NCBI GenBank assembly: GCA_018303115.1
Contig: JAGVYT010000001.1
Span: 10,279 to 74,278, forward strand
Length of the DNA: 64,000 bases
Source: Candidatus Woesearchaeota archaeon
GTDB taxonomy: Archaea; Nanobdellota; Nanobdellia; Woesearchaeales; UBA10216
Reading direction: 5' to 3'
The notes under the pieces were generated by a model, which did no database searches, had not been told where the DNA came from, and was given only the letters and a program-made list of their open reading frames with translations. Both the position numbers and the translations under genes were made by a program. Positions 20,258-28,991 of the stretch are shown here, in pieces (position 1 is the first letter of the stretch; each line of letters begins with the position of its first letter).

Positions 20258-20304
20258 CCGGGTCTTCAGCAACATTTAAATAGTTATAAAACGGTTTTGC
20301 GGTT

Positions 20305-22677
20305 ATGAAAAAGAGGTTAATGGCAGTCCTGTCAATGCTGCTGTTTTTTGCAACAGTAAAGCCGGCAATTGCCGCAATCTCAATAACCTCCCCGGAATTC
20401 GGAGTAGCACAGGAACTCACTTTTGACCTTGAACTGAATACAGACTCAAGCGTATCGTGCAGGTTCAGCACCACCTTTGCAAAACCGTTCAATGAAATGG
20501 ATGAAGTCACCACAACAGGAAACACTCTTCACACAATAGAAGGCATCACACTGCCTGCGTTTGGAACAGAATACAACTACTTCATTAACTGCTCGTCCGG
20601 AACTGAAGCGTCGGATATCAAACTAAAAGCGGACAACACAGAGCCTTCAATTCTAAATGCTGTTGCAGAGCCTGAAAAGGTTCTGCAATCCCCGCTTGAA
20701 ACAACACTCAGTGTAAAAACAGGCGAGAATACAAGCTGCAAATACGACCAAACTTTTGAAGAGTATGACAGCATGGCCAATTTTTTTATCGGAAGCGACA
20801 GCGACAAAAACAACTACAAAAACTCACACGAAAAGCCCCTTACACGCCTTAGCGACAACACTGACTACACTTTCAACGTGATGTGCCGCGACTTATCAGG
20901 AAGGAAAACGACCCTTGCAAAAATCAGTTTCAAAGTCAACACAAGCACAGAGCCGGAAATAATTGACTTTACGCCAAAAGACGGCTCTTACAAGGGTGAG
21001 GAGAACGTTGTCATTTCCATAACCACAAACAAAAACAGCATTTGCAAATACGGAAGCGAATCGCCTCCAACAAGGGAGTCGGGAAATTTCAATGTCCAGG
21101 GAACACTGCACGAAACAACACTGCAGCTGGATGAAGGAAGCCACACTTATTATTTCAAGTGCGTGTTTGAAGGCCCTAAAGAACGCACAGCACAAACAAC
21201 ATTCACGATAGACAAGACAAAACCGGCAGTTTTGCTTGTGGATGACGACCAGAAACTTGACGATGCGCCTGACGGCTACACATACTACACAAACAGGCTA
21301 AAAGCAAGGTGGGAAGCAAAAGACAACGAATCAGGCATTAAAGACTACAATTACTCAATAATCTCGGGGAGCATGACGGTAGTAAACTGGAGCACAACAA
21401 CATCTGACGAAGTAACCGCAAGAGACCTTGAGCTGCAGGACGGAAGGGAGTATGTTTTCAGGGTTAAGGCGCGAAACAACGCAGGGCTATGGAGCGAGAC
21501 AAAGGAAAGCGACGGGGTAAGGGTTGACATAAGCCTGAACGCAGAGCAGGCCTGCAAGAACGAAGTAAAAGACGGGGACGAAACAGACGTGGACTGCGGA
21601 GGAAGCTGCGCAAGAAAATGCTTACTGAAAGAAAGCTGTGAAATCACTGACGACTGCTCAAGCGGATACTGCTCAGAGGGAAAATGCGCAAAGGGAAGCT
21701 GCGATGACGGCGTAAAAAACCAGGACGAAACAGACGTGGACTGCGGAGGAAGCTGCGAGGCCTGCCTTGAAGGGGATAAGTGCAAAGAAAGCATTGACTG
21801 CGAAAGCGGCATATGCGCAGAAGATATATGCATCTCAAAAGGCCCGTGCTACAACGGGGTGCTTGACCCAAAAGAAACAGACGTGGACTGCGGAGGGGTT
21901 TGCGCTGAACTGAAATCCATAAAATGCCAGCTAGGCAAAAAATGCTCTGGTGACGAAGACTGCAGAAGCAGAACTTGCGGCATAGACGGAAAGTGCGCTG
22001 CCATGAATGACGGGGATTATGATTCAGTAGTTGACGATAAAGACAACTGCCAGCGGGCTTACAATCCAAAACAGGAAGACACTGACAAAGACGGCTTTGG
22101 AGACTCATGCGATGACGACAGCGATAACGACGGCATGGCAGATGAGTGGGAGAAGAGCTACGGCCTTAATTTCATGAGCCCTGGCGACGCACTGCTTGAC
22201 AACGACGGCGACACGCTTTCAAACCTTAAAGAATCACACCTGAAAACAAACCCGCTGATGGCTGACAGCGACAGGGACGGGTATGACGACGCAGAAGAGG
22301 TTGAAAAAGGAACAGATCCAAACGATGCAGGGTCAAAGCTAAAGAAAAGCAGGCTGCTGACATTCTTTGCATGGATGCTTTTGTTCCTTGCAATATTTGC
22401 AGCAATAGCTTACTTTTATTACAGAAAGCTTACAGGCCCTGTGCTGGAAACAAAAAGGGAACAGGAAAGAAGGGCATCCCATTACGAACCGCCAAGAGCC
22501 GTTCAAGAACCCAAGCAAGAGCGCAAATACAGGCCAGAGCCGATATACAGGCCAACACCTCCTGAAAGAAGGCACACCACAGGAGACCTTGACGAAATCA
22601 GAAGGCACCACTCAAGCCTTTCAGGGGAAGAAGTGTTTGAAAGGCTAAAAAGGCATACGAGAAGGAGGCGACACTAA
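20305..22677 (+). CDS. Membrane-anchored surface protein: signal peptide, Ig/FN3-like domains, Cys-rich ETDVDCGG repeats, thrombospondin type-3-like Ca-binding repeats, TM helix, basic tail
   Basis: Hydrophobic N-terminus; FRVKARNNAGLWS; three ETDVDCGG; DNC...NPKQEDTDKDGFGDSCD; TM helix near the C-terminus. Confidence 0.8.
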   Translation: MKKRLMAVLSMLLFFATVKPAIAAISITSPEFGVAQELTFDLELNTDSSVSCRFSTTFAKPFNEMDEVTTTGNTLHTIEGITLPAFGTEYNYFINCSSGTEASDIKLKADNTEPSILNAVAEPEKVLQSPLETTLSVKTGENTSCKYDQTFEEYDSMANFFIGSDSDKNNYKNSHEKPLTRLSDNTDYTFNVMCRDLSGRKTTLAKISFKVNTSTEPEIIDFTPKDGSYKGEENVVISITTNKNSICKYGSESPPTRESGNFNVQGTLHETTLQLDEGSHTYYFKCVFEGPKERTAQTTFTIDKTKPAVLLVDDDQKLDDAPDGYTYYTNRLKARWEAKDNESGIKDYNYSIISGSMTVVNWSTTTSDEVTARDLELQDGREYVFRVKARNNAGLWSETKESDGVRVDISLNAEQACKNEVKDGDETDVDCGGSCARKCLLKESCEITDDCSSGYCSEGKCAKGSCDDGVKNQDETDVDCGGSCEACLEGDKCKESIDCESGICAEDICISKGPCYNGVLDPKETDVDCGGVCAELKSIKCQLGKKCSGDEDCRSRTCGIDGKCAAMNDGDYDSVVDDKDNCQRAYNPKQEDTDKDGFGDSCDDDSDNDGMADEWEKSYGLNFMSPGDALLDNDGDTLSNLKESHLKTNPLMADSDRDGYDDAEEVEKGTDPNDAGSKLKKSRLLTFFAWMLLFLAIFAAIAYFYYRKLTGPVLETKREQERRASHYEPPRAVQEPKQERKYRPEPIYRPTPPERRHTTGDLDEIRRHHSSLSGEEVFERLKRHTRRRRH
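21576..21896 (+). repeat. Intragenic direct repeats encoding ETDVDCGG
   Basis: 35 bp identical at 21576-21610 and 21723-21757; 23-bp core repeated at 21874-21896. Confidence 0.85.
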
Positions 22678-22714
22678 CAAAACTTTTATAATAATGCCAG
22701 ATTAACTGCGGCAT

Positions 22715-24454
22715 ATGCAAAAGCTTGACGCTGCAGCTGTGCTTGTTTTGGCGATTTTTTCTGCCATTCTTCTAAACGTTTCAGCGCAAAACTCAGCCAC
22801 CTTCGAGGAAAACAACCACCTCTCAACAGGCTATTACTTTCTGCTGACAAACGATTACCGCCTTGGGCCTGGCCACCCGCCCCTCACTTACAAGCTGGCT
22901 GCGGCACCGCTGCTTTTTTCAGGAGCAGACTTCCCTTTTGAAAACGATTACTGCAAAAACTTTCTTTATTACGGCTGCGCGCAGGAACTTCTATACAACT
23001 CAGGACTTAACAGCCAGCTTTTAACATTTCTAGGAAGACTCCCATTCACAGCGCTGGCTGCACTTACAGGGCTTGTAGTTTACCTCTGGTCAAAGCAGCT
23101 TTACGGAAGGAAGGCAGGCGTTCTTTCACTCCTCCTTTACTCCTTTAGCCCAGCAGTGCTCGGATGGTCTGCGCTGATAATGACTGACTTTTCTGCTGCA
23201 GCCTTTGCATTCACCAGCGTTTACTTTCTCTGGCGGCTTATGAGAAAGCCAAACACGCTCAACCTGCTTCTTACAGGGCTTTTCTTCGGCCTTGCCGTAT
23301 CGTCAAAATTCACTGCCGTTTTGTTCTTACCAATATACCTCTGCATAGCAGTTTTCTGGTTCTTTTCAGGAAAACCCTACAGCTTTTCCAGGCTGAAAAG
23401 GCATTTGCCAAAAATACTGCGCAACAGAGAAGCCTCATTTATAGCAAGCATAACAATAATAGCCGGTATTGCGTTCCTCGTTGTCTGGGCTGTTTACGGG
23501 TTTGACACAGGAAGCTACTCAAGCGGGGCTCCTGAGCGCTACACAGACTTGGTTTACGAAAACGTTCCTGCAAAGTTTGAGAACACGGCATCCTTCCTGA
23601 TTGAAAAAATGCCTTTGCCTTTCCCATCACTCTTTGTGGGAGTTTCCCAGCAAATATTTACGTCAGCAACAGGCTCAAAGCCATCCTTCCTTTTAGGCAA
23701 CACTTACGAAGGCGGCGTCTGGTACTTCCACATCATAGAGTTCCTCGTCAAGGTTCCAGCGGCATTCATTATCCTGCTTTTGCTCAGCATTTCAATGCTT
23801 TTAATCAACAGGAAAAGCTACCAAAACGACACCCTGTTCCTGCTTGTCCCTGCACTGACATACTACGCTGCTTTTGCCGTGATAATAAACATTGGCTCAG
23901 GCATACAGCACATACTTCCGGTTTTCCTTTTCCTGTTTGTCTTTGTTGGAAGAACAGCACTATCAAAAAAGCCGATGCAATGGCTTGTATACGGACTTGC
24001 CGCCTGGTATGTCATAGCATCATTATCAGCATTCCCACACTACATCTCATACTTCAACGAGTATGTTGACGATGACGAGGGCTACAAATACTTTCTTGGA
24101 GCAAACCTCGACATGGGACAGGACCTGAAAGCCCTTTCCACTTATGTGAAAGAAAATAACCTGGACATAAAACTCAGCTATTTCGGGACAACCGACCCCG
24201 CAGCCTATCTTGACTATGAATACCTGCCCTCACCGTTTTTCCAGGCATGGGCGCCTGGGTTCGCACATTCAAAAAATGACTTGAATGCCAATTACACTGA
24301 AAACTGCGGCAGGACAGAAGGCATCATAGCCGTCAGCATAACCAACAGGGAAGGGGCTTTTATGCTTAACAGCTCATGCTACGACTGGCTTAAAGAATAC
24401 GAGCCAACAGAAGTCATAGGGCACACAATATTCGTTTACAACATTACGCAATGA
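22715..24454 (+). CDS. GT39/ArnT-like membrane glycosyltransferase
   Basis: SATFEE, HPPL, many TM helices, SKFT, YFNE, NLDMGQDL. Confidence 0.82.
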   Translation: MQKLDAAAVLVLAIFSAILLNVSAQNSATFEENNHLSTGYYFLLTNDYRLGPGHPPLTYKLAAAPLLFSGADFPFENDYCKNFLYYGCAQELLYNSGLNSQLLTFLGRLPFTALAALTGLVVYLWSKQLYGRKAGVLSLLLYSFSPAVLGWSALIMTDFSAAAFAFTSVYFLWRLMRKPNTLNLLLTGLFFGLAVSSKFTAVLFLPIYLCIAVFWFFSGKPYSFSRLKRHLPKILRNREASFIASITIIAGIAFLVVWAVYGFDTGSYSSGAPERYTDLVYENVPAKFENTASFLIEKMPLPFPSLFVGVSQQIFTSATGSKPSFLLGNTYEGGVWYFHIIEFLVKVPAAFIILLLLSISMLLINRKSYQNDTLFLLVPALTYYAAFAVIINIGSGIQHILPVFLFLFVFVGRTALSKKPMQWLVYGLAAWYVIASLSAFPHYISYFNEYVDDDEGYKYFLGANLDMGQDLKALSTYVKENNLDIKLSYFGTTDPAAYLDYEYLPSPFFQAWAPGFAHSKNDLNANYTENCGRTEGIIAVSITNREGAFMLNSSCYDWLKEYEPTEVIGHTIFVYNITQ

Positions 24455-24489
24455 GCAGCGTTAGCCACTAACTGCTGCGGTTATTGTGA

Positions 24490-25446
24490 TTAAACAACTA
24501 AGGAACTGCTTTCCCTATACCACTTTACGAATTCTTCCATTCCCTGCTCAACAGAAACCGAAGGCTTAAAGCCAATAAGAAGGGAAGCCTTGCTTATGTC
24601 CGCATAAGTCGCTTTCATATCGCCGGGCTGCTCGCCTTCAACAGCAACATCTGCTTTCTTCCCAAGAAGCTTCTCTATAACACCTATAAAATCAACAAGC
24701 TTAAGCGGCTTTGAACTGCCAATGTTAATCACCTCAAAACCCATATCAGCTTCCATTGCCTTTACCAAGCCGGCAACAGCATCCTTAACATAAGTGTAGT
24801 CCCGCATGCTAGAGCCATCGCCAAAAACCCTGACAGGCAGCTGCCTGCTGATTCTGTCTGTAAAAATATAAGGAGCCATGTCAGGCCTTCCACGAGGCCC
24901 GTAAACTGTAAAGAACCTCAGACAAACAGACTTAATACCGTAAAGGTTATGGTAAATCCTGCAGATATGCTCTGCTGCAAGCTTGCTGACGCCATAAGGC
25001 GAATCAGGAACAGTCAAGCCGCTTTCCGAAAATGGAATCCTCGCAGAGCCGTAAACGCTTGACGAGGATGCAAACACAAACTTTTTTACTTTGCTTTTGA
25101 CGCACGCGTCAAGAACATTTATTGTGCCGTTAACATTTGTGCCAAAATAAGATACCGGGTCATTAACAGAAGGCCTAACCCCTGTTTTTGCAGCTATATG
25201 AAAAACATAATTTATCTTATGCTGCCGAAATACACCACTAACATCTTCTTTTTTCCTTACGTCACCCTCCACCAAAACAAAATTCTTATCGTCCAACAGC
25301 CCTCTTATGTTGGCTTCCTTTACGGATTTAGGATAGTTTTCCTCAAAATTATCAAAGCACACTACTTTCATCCCCCTGCCCAGAAGTTCCTCGCATAAGT
25401 GAGAGCCTATAAAGCCCGCACCGCCGGTTACAAGAGCTGTTTCCAT
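24490..25446 (-). CDS. UDP-glucuronate 4-epimerase-like SDR
   Basis: [47 protein letters not shown]. Confidence 0.88.
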   Translation of the reverse strand: METALVTGGAGFIGSHLCEELLGRGMKVVCFDNFEENYPKSVKEANIRGLLDDKNFVLVEGDVRKKEDVSGVFRQHKINYVFHIAAKTGVRPSVNDPVSYFGTNVNGTINVLDACVKSKVKKFVFASSSSVYGSARIPFSESGLTVPDSPYGVSKLAAEHICRIYHNLYGIKSVCLRFFTVYGPRGRPDMAPYIFTDRISRQLPVRVFGDGSSMRDYTYVKDAVAGLVKAMEADMGFEVINIGSSKPLKLVDFIGVIEKLLGKKADVAVEGEQPGDMKATYADISKASLLIGFKPSVSVEQGMEEFVKWYRESSSLVV

Positions 25447-25547
25447 AACCAGCAGGGTTTCAGCAGGGTATAAATATGTTTTTCTTTCCGATAAAGTATC
25501 TACGAACCTACAAACTCGAAAGCATATTAAATATCGTTTTTTACCCT

Positions 25548-25595
25548 AATCAACGCCATTAAGCGAATATTTATCTCGCTTAATGGGTGTTATGC
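25548..25595 (+). repeat. attC-like site (left boundary of the island)
   Basis: AATCAAC GCC ATTAAGC GA-loop-TC GCTTAAT GGGT GTTATGC: R''-L''-L'-R' like layout. Confidence 0.6.
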
Positions 25596-25656
25596 TCAAT
25601 TCAGAATTCAGGTTTGAAGCGTTACATTTATATCTTTAAAGATTTTCAAGTTAAAT

Positions 25657-26043
25657 ATGAAACCAGAAGATTACTTCAGAAATGGCAAAGTGTATGTTTG
25701 GAAAGAAACTTTTGCCGTTGTGAAATCAAAGAAAACATATCTCAATGCTTTTGCTAATATCATTGATAAGAATGAAACAACTGTAATTATTGACCAATCC
25801 AAATTCAATGAGAAAGACGCAATTGAAATTGAAAGAGATTGGAAGATATTAACTTTTGATATGGTTTTACCATTTGGATTGGTAGGATTTATGGCAAAAG
25901 TTTCTCAAGCCCTCGCAGATGAAAAAATATCTATTTTTGCCATTTCTGCCTATTCAACAGACCATATTCTTGTGAAAGAAAAAGACGTAACAAAAGCAAT
26001 AAAGAAACTTGAAAATCTTGGTTGCATCGTTGAAAAGAAGTAA
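25657..26043 (+). CDS. ACT-domain protein (ACT_7/CASTOR-like)
   Basis: LPFGLVGFMAKVSQALADEKISIFAISAYSTDHILVK. Confidence 0.85.
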   Translation: MKPEDYFRNGKVYVWKETFAVVKSKKTYLNAFANIIDKNETTVIIDQSKFNEKDAIEIERDWKILTFDMVLPFGLVGFMAKVSQALADEKISIFAISAYSTDHILVKEKDVTKAIKKLENLGCIVEKK

Positions 26044-26060
26044 CGCCCGAATTCTGAACT

Positions 26061-26138
26061 CGAAATTTTTGCCTTCGGCATCGTTGCACTAAATTTTATT
26101 CCTAACGGAGAGCATAACACGCATGCGATACGTTAAGT
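26061..26138 (+). repeat. Island spacer repeat A copy 1 plus mini AAC-N13-GTT site
   Basis: 38 bp CGAAATTTTTGCCTTCGGCATCGTTGCACTAAATTTTA identical to 27730-27767, followed by GGAGAG..TAACA-palindrome-ATACGTT. Confidence 0.85.
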
Positions 26139-26218
26139 TCAATAATTTCAGGGGCTTTACGATAATGGGGCGGTTTTCAATTCGAAATATTTTAACACCT
26201 ATTCAATATTTTAAAATT

Positions 26219-26868
26219 ATGGATAGTAAGAATAAGCCAAAATACGAATTTACTAATAAAATTACCGGTTCTTCTCTTCCCACTGATACTTTTCTAGAAA
26301 AATTAAGAGAATTCCTAACCAATAATAGCTTTTCTTGTTCTCAGACAAAAGAAAAGACTGGAGAAGCAAAAACCACAGGAGTCGGAGTAACAATGGAAGG
26401 AGACTTGGGTGGAGGTATTGCTCATTCAGATATTATCACAAATAAATGGAATCCGTTTAATATTAAATGCGGTGGAAAAACATGTTCTTTCTTAGGTAGA
26501 TTTAAAGGAAATATTAAACTGACAGAAATGGCTAAATATAGTAAAAAGAAAAGAGATATACATTATGAATTAAAAGATTACAATTTAACAGGCAATATTG
26601 ATTTTTCACCATACGGTTTTTGGATGTTTATTTTATTCTGCGTAGGTATATACCTCAGTTTTAAATTTTCAACTGGTTTTTGGATTGGGAAAAAGAGTTT
26701 ATGGAAAGATGGATACCTTGGGCTTTTGGAGTTGCTTCTATACTATTCGCTTTTGTTGGTGGAATGACTATAAGAGATATAGTTGGTCTGATAAAGGATA
26801 AGCATGAAAAATTATTAAAAGATGCTGTAAAAGAGATAGACAAAGAAACCAAACGTTCAACAAAATAA
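26219..26868 (+). pseudogene. Hypothetical membrane protein split by a probable -1 T frameshift near 26677-26681
   Basis: Adding one T to the T5 run joins ...STGF to LDWEKEFMERWIPW... (ORF 26680-26868), giving a two-TM protein. Confidence 0.55.
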
Positions 26869-26915
26869 TAAAACGACTGCTCACTAACTTTACAGTCCTT
26901 CGGACATTTACAAAA

Positions 26916-27314
26916 TCAATCCATCTTAACCAATTCTTCCGTAGAATAAACCCGAATTGTATTTTGCTTTTCTTTCAAATCCCTATCATTGCTCCACAAA
27001 TTGCATCTTAATTTTAGGGCAAGAGCCAAATATGGGACATCTTTTGGGTCTGGAGAAATCTTTTCGGCTTTTTCGATGAAAGGCTCAATTTCTTTTTTTG
27101 GCATTAGCATAACATTTCGTTCAAACAAATCAAAAAGGTCGTTAAAATTTTCCTCATTCCTTTTGGTCTTTCCTTCCAGATAGTCCTTGTATTTTCTGAA
27201 TTCCTCAAAAATAAATTCAGGTGCATAGAGTTTATGCTTAAACAGAATGTCTGATGTTCCGCTTTCTTTCAGCAAAGCTGCAAAAAGAACATTTGAATCT
27301 ATCACTAAATCCAT
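26916..27314 (-). CDS. PIN-domain (VapC-like) toxin
   Basis: VIDSNVLFAAL, EEF, DPKDVPYLALA, WSNDRDL. Confidence 0.88.
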   Translation of the reverse strand: MDLVIDSNVLFAALLKESGTSDILFKHKLYAPEFIFEEFRKYKDYLEGKTKRNEENFNDLFDLFERNVMLMPKKEIEPFIEKAEKISPDPKDVPYLALALKLRCNLWSNDRDLKEKQNTIRVYSTEELVKMD

Positions 27315-27316
27315 GA

Positions 27317-27541
27317 TTAAGCCTTTTTGTATCTTTTAGCTAGATTTTTGTTTAGTTCTCTTCCTAATCTTAATGCATCTTCCTCAGTCAGAGTACTATC
27401 GGACTTGAATTTTTTCAAAAATTCCAAATCCTTTATTCTTTGCATAAATGCTTGCCTGGCTATCTCAGACCAATTCATCTCTGGGAATGTTTCCATTTTA
27501 TGTTTCAGTTCTGATGGAACTGCTAAAGTCATAGTTGTCAT
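27317..27541 (-). CDS. Ribbon-helix-helix antitoxin (VapB-like)
   Basis: MTTMTLAVPSELKHKM..FPEMNWSEIARQA; directly upstream of the PIN gene. Confidence 0.8.
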   Translation of the reverse strand: MTTMTLAVPSELKHKMETFPEMNWSEIARQAFMQRIKDLEFLKKFKSDSTLTEEDALRLGRELNKNLAKRYKKA

Positions 27542-27729
27542 GTTCTTTACCTCCAATTATGTGTAAATATGTATAATATGTTCAAATATATAAAACTTAC
27601 TATTTCTGCCCCTCAACTTTTCAGTCCTTCGGACAGCTACTCTGCTTCGCAGAAATTCATGCAATTCGGTGACAATCTTTAAAAAATAATAAAAACGGCT
27701 GTCCCGCCGTCCTAAAGTTCGCTTTAACC

Positions 27730-27816
27730 CGAAATTTTTGCCTTCGGCATCGTTGCACTAAATTTTAGTCCCTGCAAGTATTCGGGAGAGATTAACAGCG
27801 ATCGCATACGTTCAAC
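27730..27816 (+). repeat. Island spacer repeat A copy 2 plus mini AAC-N13-GTT site
   Basis: Identical 38-mer; GATTAAC A GCGATCGC ATAC GTTCAAC. Confidence 0.85.
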
Positions 27817-27844
27817 GCAATAAAATTTAAGTTTCCTAGAAAAC

Positions 27845-27879
27845 GGGAATTCTCAGAGGTCATTCGCAAACTTCAGTTA
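27845..27879 (+). repeat. Island spacer repeat B copy 1
   Basis: GGGAATTCTCAGAGGTCATTCGCAAACTTCAGTTA, identical at 29616-29650. Confidence 0.9.
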
Positions 27880-27880
27880 A

Positions 27881-28076
27881 GTCCGATTTTTGCGGACAAC
27901 TCAAAACCCTCTTCAGTAAGCCTTGTTTTCAGGTCAGAGCATTACTTTCTTGCCCTTCCGCTTTCTGTCAATGCTTCTACAATGTCTACTACTGAGAACC
28001 ACCATCCATCATTAAACCAAGTTCTTCTGATTTTTTTGCCTTAAAATACTACTAGAGCATTATTTTGGTTAGTCAT
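27881..28076 (-). pseudogene. BRO-N (phage antirepressor-like) pseudogene
   Basis: Hand translation MTNQNNALVVF*GKKIRRTWFNDGWWFSVVDIVEALTESGRARK*CSDLKTRLTEEGFELSAKIG; two in-frame TAA; truncated at repeat B. Confidence 0.8.
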
Positions 28077-28115
28077 TTTATTACTTCAACTGCATTATTT
28101 CCATTCATAGCATTA

Positions 28116-28991
28116 TCAATCTGCCTCAGAAAATATTTGGCTAATGATTTCATTTTCTTTTTGCGTAAAAGGTATATCTGGATTGTCATGGAAATAAAGA
28201 GAACGATTAGAACGATTATTAATAAGGTGGGTGTATCCAACTATTAGGTTCACTCTTCTATAAACTTCTTTTTGCTCAAAGAATCCTTTTTCCCTTCTAT
28301 TCCCATCTATGTATCCAATTTGCCGGCCATCTTTTTCAATTTGGCAATAACCCTTTATAGCATTTCGAAGGCTAGACACATCAGCAAATAATGTATTTAT
28401 AATAAGAATATTCTTAAATCCTTTTCTCAATTGCCGTGTTTTTCCTTTTAATAAATCATACAGTCTATAACAATCACTATTTTGTGTTACCTCATTGACT
28501 ACAAAATGCCCGCTTAATTTATTTCCCGATTTAAATTCTTCTAACATTGCAGTAATCTTATCTGTTACATGTTTATCTTCATTTAATACAGCTACCTCTA
28601 CTATAATATCCTCTTGGTCTAGTTTTATCAAGAAATCAGGGTTTTTATCAAAACCATCTATTTTTGGCTGATAACAAACATAAGGAATATTAATCTTCTT
28701 TAAATAAGCCCAAACATCAATTTCTGATATTATTCCGTATACTTGCGCAACTCCTCCTTTAAGATATTCAAGTATATGTTTCTTATGCGGATTAATTTCA
28801 TCTGCACCCAAATCATTTAAGTTACTTTCTAAATGCTGTAACTTTGGTTCTCTGTGTTTTATCAACCAGATTAAAGCTGATGGTTTATTTTTTCCTGATT
28901 CTTCATTAATCCAATTATCAGTGATAAGACTTTTTAGTAAGGGTAAACTATTTACATTAATATTAATTGTTTGTTTATCAAATTGGTTCAT
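28116..28991 (-). CDS. Hypothetical protein, possible PD-(D/E)xK-like fold
   Basis: 291-aa AT-rich ORF; E...KNPDFLI...IIVEV pattern. Confidence 0.6.
   Translation of the reverse strand: MNQFDKQTININVNSLPLLKSLITDNWINEESGKNKPSALIWLIKHREPKLQHLESNLNDLGADEINPHKKHILEYLKGGVAQVYGIISEIDVWAYLKKINIPYVCYQPKIDGFDKNPDFLIKLDQEDIIVEVAVLNEDKHVTDKITAMLEEFKSGNKLSGHFVVNEVTQNSDCYRLYDLLKGKTRQLRKGFKNILIINTLFADVSSLRNAIKGYCQIEKDGRQIGYIDGNRREKGFFEQKEVYRRVNLIVGYTHLINNRSNRSLYFHDNPDIPFTQKENEIISQIFSEAD

Noticed and set aside
21576..21896. Diversity-generating retroelement TR/VR pair
   Set aside because: The repeats are short, identical and in-frame with no adenine-specific mismatches, and no reverse transcriptase is present
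27942..28043. Stop-codon recoding in the BRO-N remnant
   Set aside because: TAA, TAG and TGA all terminate normal genes in this window, and the gene is also truncated, so decay is the simpler explanation
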